A stretch of DNA of 32,000 nt from Horticoccus luteus (GTDB taxonomy: Bacteria > Verrucomicrobiota > Verrucomicrobiia > Opitutales > Opitutaceae). The position numbers were made by a program, and so were the translations under genes. Position 1 is the first letter of the stretch; every line of letters begins with the position of its first letter. The DNA lies in NCBI RefSeq assembly GCF_019464535.1, contig NZ_CP080507.1, forward strand, positions 3,660,001 through 3,692,000, given 5' to 3'. Of this stretch, positions 1 to 6,770 are shown in pieces. The notes beneath the pieces are model-generated. The model ran no database searches. It was not told where the DNA came from and worked only from the letters and a program-made list of their open reading frames with translations.

Positions 1-3000
1 GCCGAATACACCGCCAACATCGTCACCGCGCCGACGACCGGCGCGGACGTGCGCACCCTTCAAGGCAGCACCGGGTTGATCACGCTCAAGGGCACGTTGA
101 CGCTCAATGGCACGACGAATTTCTTCCTTCCGAGCAAGGTGAGCGACATGCGCTTCAACATCGAAGCCGCGCTGTCCGGGTCCGGCGATATCGTGATCAA
201 CGGCGGATCGGCGGGTGGCACCACCACCAACGGATTCGTGACCTGGGCGTTTGGCGACATGTCCCAGTGGCATGGCACCGCGATCACCGTGGCCAACAAG
301 CACACCATCGCCTTCACCCAGAACACCGACTTTTACACCACCAACCCCACGCTCCAGTTGGATTTCTCCAACACCTCCGCAGGCTTTATCAACCTTTCGG
401 CCAACGTTTCCGTCGGCAGCGGCAAGGTCAAGATCGCCACCGGCACCTCCAAGAATCCCGCGACGTTCACGCTGCTCGACGGCATTTATACGGTTTACGA
501 TCTCAATGCCCTCGCGATCGCCCAATCGGCGAGCGGAGCGCCTTACTCCGCCCAGACTTGGGCCAGCGAAGGCGCCGGCTACGACGCCGCCGGCACCACC
601 TACAAACTCTACGTCGGCCAGGCTCTCCCCGCGACTGCACCGACCATCTCCACCCAGCCCGCCAGCAAGGCCGTTTTCGCCGGCAGCTCCGTCACCTTCT
701 CCGTCGTCGCCACCGGCACCCCTGCGCCAACGTATCAATGGCAGAAGGACGGCTCGCCCTTGGCCGGTAAAACCGACGCCAGTCTCTCGCTGACCAACGT
801 TTCTTCCGCCGAGGCCGGCGACTACGCCGTCGTCGTCACCAATGTCGGCGGCACCGTCACCAGCAATGTCGCCACGCTGACCGTGCAAACTGTCGCGGTT
901 GCCCCGAGTTTCACCGCCCAGCCGCAAAGCAAAACCAGCTACGCAGGCACGACCGTCACGTTCACCGCCACCGCGACCGGCACCCCCGCGCCGACTTACA
1001 CGTGGCAGCTCAACGGCACCGCCATCGCCGGCGCGACCACCGCGACTCTCACGCGCTCCAGCATTTCCGACGCCTCCGCGGGCACCTACACCTGCGTTGC
1101 GACCAATAGCGCCGGCTTCGCCACCAGCACGGGGGCCGTCCTCACCGTGACGCCCCTGCCGACCGGCGTGCAGGCTTACGCCAATGCCAACGCCACCGGT
1201 TCGAGCGACAACTGGAATGCCGCCAAGGACGCCGTGCAATGGACCTTTGATGCCGGCACCACCTACCTCGCTGCTTCCACCGGCAACACCTACCACACCA
1301 ACGGCTACACGATCCGCGCTGGTCACGCCGCCACGGTGGCGCCCCTCGCTCCGGGCGTCTCCACCTTCAACGGCGCCACGCTCGTCGTTGACGCTTTCAG
1401 CTCCGCTTCGCAGTTGACCGACAATTCTGCGGCTGGCGGCGGCACCTTGAATTTCGAGCCCGCCTCCACCGGCGCCGGCCCGCGCCTCTCGCCCACGTCG
1501 ACCACGCGCGCGGCCTTTACGGCGAACATCGTCACCACCGCCACCCCTCTCGTCGATCAACCGCGCAACATTCGCACCAACACCGGTTCCGCCACGCTCG
1601 ACGGCACCTTGGTGCTCAATGGCAAGACCGTCTTCAGCATCCCCGGCAGCGTGACCGACGTCTTGTTCGATATTAATTCGCCTGTCACCGGCGCCGGCAG
1701 CATCGAGCTCAGCGGCGGCTCGTCTGGCGCCGGCACCGCCAACGGCTTCGTCACCTGGGCTTTTCACAACTTGAATGGTTGGACGGGCGCGAGCCTCGCC
1801 GTGATGCACCATCACACCGTCAGCTTCGCCGGCCCGACCGATCTTTACCGCACCAACCCGGCCGGTGCGGTTGTCTTGGGCTCCACGAGCTCCCCTTCCT
1901 CCGGCTATCTGAACATCCAGGCAGATGTCTCGTTCGGCAGCGGTAAGCTTTCGATTATCACCGGCAGCGCGACCACGCCCGTGACCACCGTCATTCCCGA
2001 CAACACCTACACCGTCGCGAGCCTCAACGCCTACGTCGCCAACGTCGTCGCCGGCACCTCCGGCGGTTATGTCGACCTGCCGCTCGCCAGCGAAGGCCCG
2101 ACCAACACCACGACGCCGAACTACAGCGGCACCACCTACCGCATCTACGTCGGCAGCGGCCTGCCGAATCAGGCGCCCACGATTTCGACGCAGCCGCAGG
2201 GTGCGACCGTCCTCCTCGGCGAAACCGTCACGCTCACCGTCGCGGCCGACGGCAGTCCGGCCCCCACGTTCCAATGGCAGAAAGACAACGTCGCGATCGC
2301 CGGCGCCACCGCCGCCACCCTCACGATCGCCTCCGCCCAAGTGACCGATAGTGGCACCTACACGGTCGTGGCGACCAACGCGGTTTCCAGCGTCACCAGC
2401 AGCGGCGCGCTCGTCACCGTCAACCTGCCGCCGGCGCCGCCATTCACCGCGCAACCCGCCTCGCTCACGCAAAACGCCGGCACCACCGCCACGTTTACCG
2501 CCGCCGTCGCCCCCAGCGCGTTCGCGCCGACCTATCAGTGGCAGAAAGATGGCAGCGATGTGGCCGGAGCCACCTCCGCCACGTTGACGATTGCCAACAT
2601 CCAAGCCGCGCACGCCGGCAGCTACACCGTGATCGCGACCAACGCCGGCGGCTCCACCACCAGCACGGCTGCGACTCTCGTCGTGACTCCCGCCGCCCCG
2701 ACCGTCGAACCCGCCGCCCCGCTCACCGTCGGCGCGGGCAGCCCGATCACGCTCACCGCCGTCGCACATGGCACGGAACCGTTCACCTACACGTGGGCCA
2801 AGGATGGCGTCATCATCGCGGGTGCGACCGACGCGACCTACACGATCGCCAACGCCCAGGCGTCTGACTCCGGCATCTACACCTACACGGCGACCAACTC
2901 CGTCGGCACCGCCATGAGCGCGGACGCCCAAGTCGTCGTCAACGCCGTCTCCTCGACCTATCTCTCCAACGTCTCCGTGCGCGTCACCACCACGCCGACG

Positions 3001-3741
3001 CAGACGCTGATCATGGGCTTCGTCGTGGCCAACGGTTCTAAACCGATCCTCGTGCGCGCCGCCGGCCCGATGCTCAACACCTTCGGCCTCACCGGCGCTC
3101 CCAATCCTTCGGTTACGCTGTTTGATTCTTCGACGAACCCCGCCACCAGCGTAGCCGTCAACGACGACTGGTCGCTCTCGTTGAAAAATAAAATCGCCGA
3201 GCTCGGTGCGTATCCCTTCGCGGATGGCAGCAAAGACGCTGCACTGTTGCAGACCATCACCGGACCCCACACGGCGAACGCCATGGGCGGCGGCAGCGGC
3301 GCCCTCCTCGCCGAGGCCTACGACGCCGGCACCAACAACGGCCCGAAACTCGTCAATGTCTCCGCCCGCTTCAACGCCGGCACGGGCAACGACGTTCTCA
3401 TCGCCGGGCTGGTCATCGCCGGCACCGGCCAGCAATGGGTGCTGATCCGCGCCATCGGCCCGACCCTCGCAGACTTCGGTGTCCCCGGCACCCTCGTCGA
3501 CCCGAAGGTCGAGGTTCACCACACCGTGAATCAGGCCGACGTCATCGTCGCCTCCAACGACAACTGGGACGCCGCGCTCGCGACGGAGTTCTCCCGCCTC
3601 GGCGCCTTCCCGCTGACCGCAAACAGCAAAGACGCCGCCCTCCTCGTGCTGCTCGATGCTGGCGCCTACACCGTCCAAGTCTCCGGCGTGAACGGCGGCA
3701 CCGGTGAAGCGTTGGTCGAAGTTTACGACGCGACTCCCTGA
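1..3741 (+). CDS. Very large secreted/surface protein, 5'-partial. Architecture: [~330-aa module + 2 Ig-like domains] + [~330-aa module + 3 Ig-like domains] + 2 C-terminal ~130-aa domains of unassigned family
   Basis: The frame is open from nt 1 (AEYTANIVTAPTTGAD...). That stretch aligns with the internal AAFTANIVTTATPLVD of the second module. The GTG at 49 in the ORF track is therefore not the real start, and the gene continues upstream of the window. Five domains carry an Ig (I-set-like) signature: P.(Y/F).WQKDG ... D.G.Y.V.A.N ... L.V. Stop is TGA 3739-3741. Composition is Thr/Ala/Ser/Gly-rich with no enzymatic motif seen. Confidence 0.85.
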   Translation, partial: AEYTANIVTAPTTGADVRTLQGSTGLITLKGTLTLNGTTNFFLPSKVSDMRFNIEAALSGSGDIVINGGSAGGTTTNGFVTWAFGDMSQWHGTAITVANKHTIAFTQNTDFYTTNPTLQLDFSNTSAGFINLSANVSVGSGKVKIATGTSKNPATFTLLDGIYTVYDLNALAIAQSASGAPYSAQTWASEGAGYDAAGTTYKLYVGQALPATAPTISTQPASKAVFAGSSVTFSVVATGTPAPTYQWQKDGSPLAGKTDASLSLTNVSSAEAGDYAVVVTNVGGTVTSNVATLTVQTVAVAPSFTAQPQSKTSYAGTTVTFTATATGTPAPTYTWQLNGTAIAGATTATLTRSSISDASAGTYTCVATNSAGFATSTGAVLTVTPLPTGVQAYANANATGSSDNWNAAKDAVQWTFDAGTTYLAASTGNTYHTNGYTIRAGHAATVAPLAPGVSTFNGATLVVDAFSSASQLTDNSAAGGGTLNFEPASTGAGPRLSPTSTTRAAFTANIVTTATPLVDQPRNIRTNTGSATLDGTLVLNGKTVFSIPGSVTDVLFDINSPVTGAGSIELSGGSSGAGTANGFVTWAFHNLNGWTGASLAVMHHHTVSFAGPTDLYRTNPAGAVVLGSTSSPSSGYLNIQADVSFGSGKLSIITGSATTPVTTVIPDNTYTVASLNAYVANVVAGTSGGYVDLPLASEGPTNTTTPNYSGTTYRIYVGSGLPNQAPTISTQPQGATVLLGETVTLTVAADGSPAPTFQWQKDNVAIAGATAATLTIASAQVTDSGTYTVVATNAVSSVTSSGALVTVNLPPAPPFTAQPASLTQNAGTTATFTAAVAPSAFAPTYQWQKDGSDVAGATSATLTIANIQAAHAGSYTVIATNAGGSTTSTAATLVVTPAAPTVEPAAPLTVGAGSPITLTAVAHGTEPFTYTWAKDGVIIAGATDATYTIANAQASDSGIYTYTATNSVGTAMSADAQVVVNAVSSTYLSNVSVRVTTTPTQTLIMGFVVANGSKPILVRAAGPMLNTFGLTGAPNPSVTLFDSSTNPATSVAVNDDWSLSLKNKIAELGAYPFADGSKDAALLQTITGPHTANAMGGGSGALLAEAYDAGTNNGPKLVNVSARFNAGTGNDVLIAGLVIAGTGQQWVLIRAIGPTLADFGVPGTLVDPKVEVHHTVNQADVIVASNDNWDAALATEFSRLGAFPLTANSKDAALLVLLDAGAYTVQVSGVNGGTGEALVEVYDATP
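640..1152 (+). repeat. Two tandem Ig-like domains (640-888, 901-1152)
   Basis: PTISTQP...PTYQWQKDG...AGDYAVVVTN...ATLTV and APSFTAQP...PTYTWQLNG...AGTYTCVATN...AVLTV. The nucleotide sequences are diverged, so this is an old duplication. Confidence 0.8.
1174..2154 (+). repeat. Second copy of a ~330-aa N-terminal-type module (protein-level paralog of 1-618 and of 9318-10289)
   Basis: Shared blocks: NTYHTNGYT(I/L)RAG; AGPRLSPT; T(L/I)(D/N)G(T/S)L.LNG.T.F; (I/V)(E/V)(L/I/M).GGS.G; NGF(V/D)TWA; W(T/H)G; H(H/K)HT(V/I)(S/A)F; (F/Y).TNP; G(Y/F)(L/I)N(I/L).A(D/N)VS(F/V)GSGK; TTY(R/K)(I/L)YVG. Confidence 0.8.
2173..2943 (+). repeat. Three tandem Ig-like domains (2173-2424, 2437-2691, 2692-2943)
   Basis: PTFQWQKDN...SGTYTVVATN...LVTV; PTYQWQKDG...AGSYTVIATN...LVVT; FTYTWAKDG...SGIYTYTATN...QVVV. 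Confidence 0.8.
2959..3738 (+). repeat. Tandem pair of an unassigned ~125-130-aa C-terminal domain (A copy 2959-~3330, B copy 3349-3738)
   Basis: Both copies follow this pattern: L.N(V/L)S.R ... L(I/V).G(F/L)V(V/I).G ... (I/L)(L/I)(V/I)RA.GP.L..FG..G ... P ... NDDW/NDNW ... LGA(Y/F)P....SKDAALL ... G.(H/Y)T ... G(E/A)(A/L)L.E.YD. The same pair ends the protein encoded at 4890-6644. Confidence 0.75.
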
Positions 3742-3770
3742 TCGCCGGCCACACTCGCCCTCGCCTGACC

Positions 3771-3810
3771 GAAGCGGCAATCGCGCTCCCGCGCATTGCC
3801 GCTTCGCTTT
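3771..3810 (+). terminator. Hairpin downstream of the giant gene, a possible weak intrinsic terminator
   Basis: The 11-bp arms gaagcggcaat (3771-3781) and attgccgcttc (3795-3805) are perfectly complementary. An inner gcgc/gcgc pairing lies at 3783-3786/3791-3794. Only gcttt follows, so the U-tract is poor. Confidence 0.4.
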
Positions 3811-3842
3811 AGGCGCGACGCCCGCTCCGCCTTATTTTCCCC

Positions 3843-4871
3843 ATGAACTTTCGGACCGGCTTGTGCGTTCTCGCCTGCCTGCTCGCTCCCGCCCTCCGCG
3901 CCCAGATCGCCGCCGGCTCGGACCCCGTTGGCATCCTGTCGTATGACGTTCCCCTCGGACTCTCCGGCCTCAGCCTTCCGCTGATTCCACAGGAAATCAT
4001 CGCCGCACCCGTCGTCGCCAACGCTGGCTCCGTCCTCACCTTGGCGGCCGCGGCCGGCAATGTCGGCGCGCAGTTGCAGAGCGGCGCCGCCTACTACGTT
4101 GAAATCCTCAGCGGCCCCTCCGCCGGTGAACGCTTCGAGGTCGACACCGCGGCGACGATCACAACCGCTAACGCCACCGTCGTCCTCGTCCTCGGCGGCG
4201 CCTCGCACAGCACCGCGCAGCCGGTCGACCACGCGCTCGTGGGCGCCCGCGCCGCCGTGCGCGCCGGCGTCACCCTCGAAACACTCGCCGCCCAATTTTC
4301 TCCCGCCCTCACAGGCTCCGATGATCCCGCCCTCGCCGACGGGGTGCGCCTCTACGGCGCCGAAGGTTTCACGAGTTACTACCTGCGCGCCGATGGTGCG
4401 AGCTGGGCCACGCTCAACAATCCCGCCGACCAGCGCACCCTCGTCCTTCCGCCCGATGTCAGTCTCGTGCTCGACCTCAAATCGGCGCCCCGCCAGCTCG
4501 TGCAGTTGGGCGGCGTCCGCACCAACGTTTTTCGCGTGAACTTGCGCGCGGGTTACCAGGCGTTCGCCACCGGATTTCCGGTCGACCTGACGCCCGCGCA
4601 AGTTGCCGCCGTCGTCGATATCAACCAACCCGCGTCCGCACGCTGGACCGCTGCGAACGACGCAGCCGCCGCCGACAACCTCGAGATTCTCGATCTCCCC
4701 GCCCGCAGTTTCCTGCGTTATTATTTGCGCGCCGATGGCCGCAGCTGGCGGCGGCTCGGGCAGACGACCGACTTCGCCGACCTCCCACTTCTTCGCACCG
4801 ACAGCATCATCATCGTGCGCCGCACTCTCGCCGATGCGACTTATCGCATCGCGCCGCCTTTCTCTCTGTAA
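3843..4871 (+). CDS. Secreted hypothetical protein (342 aa) with repeated YY(V/L) ... G..(F/W) modules
   Basis: ATG 3843, TAA 4869-4871. N-terminal signal peptide MNFRTGLCVLACLLAPALRAQ. Three related segments: AYYVEILSGPSAGERFEV, SYYLRADGASWATLNNPADQRTLVLPPDVSLVL and RYYLRADGRSWRRLGQTTDFADLPLLRTDSIIIV. The opposite-strand ORF 3723-4628 has shadow-ORF composition. Confidence 0.75.
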   Translation: MNFRTGLCVLACLLAPALRAQIAAGSDPVGILSYDVPLGLSGLSLPLIPQEIIAAPVVANAGSVLTLAAAAGNVGAQLQSGAAYYVEILSGPSAGERFEVDTAATITTANATVVLVLGGASHSTAQPVDHALVGARAAVRAGVTLETLAAQFSPALTGSDDPALADGVRLYGAEGFTSYYLRADGASWATLNNPADQRTLVLPPDVSLVLDLKSAPRQLVQLGGVRTNVFRVNLRAGYQAFATGFPVDLTPAQVAAVVDINQPASARWTAANDAAAADNLEILDLPARSFLRYYLRADGRSWRRLGQTTDFADLPLLRTDSIIIVRRTLADATYRIAPPFSL

Positions 4872-4889
4872 CGCGCGCTCCGTGCTCTC

Positions 4890-6644
4890 ATGAACAAATT
4901 TCTGCGCGTTGCGTCCTTTTGGTTCGGCAGCGTTTTAACCACCTTCGCCACCTCCGTCGGTCTTTCCGACACCGCGACCCTCGTGCAGGGCCGGAGCGGC
5001 ACGACGTGGGACGATGCCACCGTCGCCCTCGGCACCTTCGACGATGGGTTCGTGCCGACCGCGCAAAACCGCGCACAATGGGCCAGTCATTGGTTCACCA
5101 CGTCGACCGGCTACTACGCCTCCGCCGGTGGCGCCTCTGAAGTGAGCGCCGAACTTGTTCTGGCCGACAACGTCGCAATCCCCGCCGGCCAGCTCCTCTA
5201 CGTCTGGATCACCCACGGGTCCGAAGCAGGTTTATACAGCGACGCCGCCTGGACAGCGCCCGTCGCCTCCACGCTCGGCCTCAGCCACACCTTGCACTTC
5301 AGCGCGCAAACGGTGGCGATCTTCGGCGCGTTCGACGGCGCTCACCTCGTGGCGGCCACCGCCTCCACGGATCTGTCGATCGTCACGCAGCCCGCGACTC
5401 AATCCGTCACCGCAGGTGACTCGGTGACGTTCACCGTCGTCGCCGGTGGCACCGCGCCCTTCGCGTATCAATGGCACAAAGATGGCGTCGATCTCGCTGG
5501 TGCGACCAACGCCACCCTCCTCCTCGCCAGTGTTACCAACGCGGATGCCGGCGAATATCAAGTGAGCGTGGCGAACGCCGCCGCTGCCATCACCAGCGAC
5601 GCCGCCACGCTCACGGTCGCCACGGCGCCCCTCATCGTCGACGATCCGCAATCGCAGACCGTGCCGCCGGGAGGCAGCCTCACGCTCACCGCCCATGCCG
5701 AGGGCGTCGCGCCCTTCACCTACCAATGGTTCAAAAACGGCGTGCCGATCCCCGGCGCGACCGACGCCACCTTCGCCATCCCTGCCGTGAGCTCGGGCGA
5801 TGCGGGCAGCTATATTGTTCGGATCACCAATTCGCTCGGCACCGCGTATAGCGCCGCCGCGCTCGTGGCGGTAAACTACGGCCCTGCGCTCTCCAACCTT
5901 TCCGTGCGCGGCGGCATGACCGCCGGTCAAACGCTCATCACCGGCTTTGTGGTCTCGGGTGGCACGAAGCCCGTCCTCGTGCGCGCCGCGGGACCCGCCC
6001 TCAATGCGTTCGGCCTCGTCGGTGTCGCGGATCCACGGCTCGTTTTATATGATGGCGACACCGTCGTCGTCACCAACGACGATTGGCCGGCGTCGCTCGC
6101 TCCGACCTTCGCTTCACTCGGCGCCTTTCCCTTCGACCCCGACAGCAAGGACGCCGCCCTCATGGAATCGATCAGTGGCCCGCACACCGCGCACACCAGC
6201 AGCACCGGCGACGGCACCGTGCTGGTCGAAGCCTACGACGCCGGCTCGAGCAATGGCGTCGCGTTGAGCAACCTCTCCGCGCGCTATCATGTCGGCACCG
6301 GCAACGATATCCTCATCGCCGGCTTCGTGCTGAGCGGCAGCGGACCACAACGGATCTTGATCCGCGCCGTCGGCCCGACACTCGGCTCCTTTGGCGTCAC
6401 TGGCGTGCTGGAGAATCCGCAATTCAGCGTGTTTCTCGACGGTCAGTTGGTCGCATCCAACGACGATTGGTCCGCCGCGCTCACGTCCGTTTTTCAATCG
6501 GTCGGCGCCTTCAATTTCCTCGCTGACAGCAAAGACGCCGCGCTGCTTGTCACACTCGAGGCGGGCCACGGCTACACCGTGCAAGTGTCGGGTGTCGGCG
6601 GCGCCACCGGCGAAGCACTCGTGGAAATCTACACGGTGCCGTGA
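4890..6644 (+). CDS. Secreted Ig-like-repeat protein (584 aa): unique N-terminal region + 2 Ig-like domains + the same tandem C-terminal domain pair
   Basis: ATG 4890 lies 18 nt after the previous stop. TGA 6642-6644. Hydrophobic N-terminus FLRVASFWFGSVLTTFATSVG. Ig-like domains show FAYQWHKDG...AGEYQVSVAN...LTV and FTYQWFKNG...AGSYIVRITN...LVAV. The C-terminal 250 aa are collinear with the end of the 1-3741 protein. Confidence 0.85.
   Translation: MNKFLRVASFWFGSVLTTFATSVGLSDTATLVQGRSGTTWDDATVALGTFDDGFVPTAQNRAQWASHWFTTSTGYYASAGGASEVSAELVLADNVAIPAGQLLYVWITHGSEAGLYSDAAWTAPVASTLGLSHTLHFSAQTVAIFGAFDGAHLVAATASTDLSIVTQPATQSVTAGDSVTFTVVAGGTAPFAYQWHKDGVDLAGATNATLLLASVTNADAGEYQVSVANAAAAITSDAATLTVATAPLIVDDPQSQTVPPGGSLTLTAHAEGVAPFTYQWFKNGVPIPGATDATFAIPAVSSGDAGSYIVRITNSLGTAYSAAALVAVNYGPALSNLSVRGGMTAGQTLITGFVVSGGTKPVLVRAAGPALNAFGLVGVADPRLVLYDGDTVVVTNDDWPASLAPTFASLGAFPFDPDSKDAALMESISGPHTAHTSSTGDGTVLVEAYDAGSSNGVALSNLSARYHVGTGNDILIAGFVLSGSGPQRILIRAVGPTLGSFGVTGVLENPQFSVFLDGQLVASNDDWSAALTSVFQSVGAFNFLADSKDAALLVTLEAGHGYTVQVSGVGGATGEALVEIYTVP
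5370..5876 (+). repeat. Two tandem Ig-like domains (5370-5618, 5625-5876)
   Basis: Same signature as the Ig-like domains of the first gene. Confidence 0.8.
5886..6641 (+). repeat. Tandem pair of the unassigned C-terminal domain (A copy 5886-~6250, B copy 6264-6641)
   Basis: ALSNLSVRGG...LITGFVVSGGTKPVLVRAAGPALNAFG...TNDDW...LGAFPFDPDSKDAALM...VLVEAYDAG, then LSNLSARYH...LIAGFVLSG...ILIRAVGPTLGSFG...SNDDW...VGAFNFLADSKDAALLV...GEALVEIY. The A copy resembles the A copy of gene 1, and the B copy resembles its B copy. Confidence 0.75.
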
Positions 6645-6770
6645 TTATTTCGGCGCCCGACCGGCGCGGGAATGGAAGTCGGCACAATGCATCGCCGTGC
6701 AACCGACCCAATCGCTTCTCGCGCTCTTTCTCCGGGAGCGAGTGACTACGCGGGCACAATTTCGCACCGC

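Noticed and set aside
3723-4628. 301-aa minus-strand ORF overlapping the 3843-4871 gene
   Set aside because: It has shadow-ORF composition (G/R/E/D/V-rich) and no signal peptide or motif. The plus-strand product has a clean signal peptide and internal repeats.
1-6644. Possibility that the Ig-like repeats are a diversity-generating retroelement target or a phase-variable cassette
   Set aside because: The window holds no reverse transcriptase, no template/variable nucleotide repeat pair and no invertase. The repeats are similar at the protein level only, and their nucleotide sequences are diverged.
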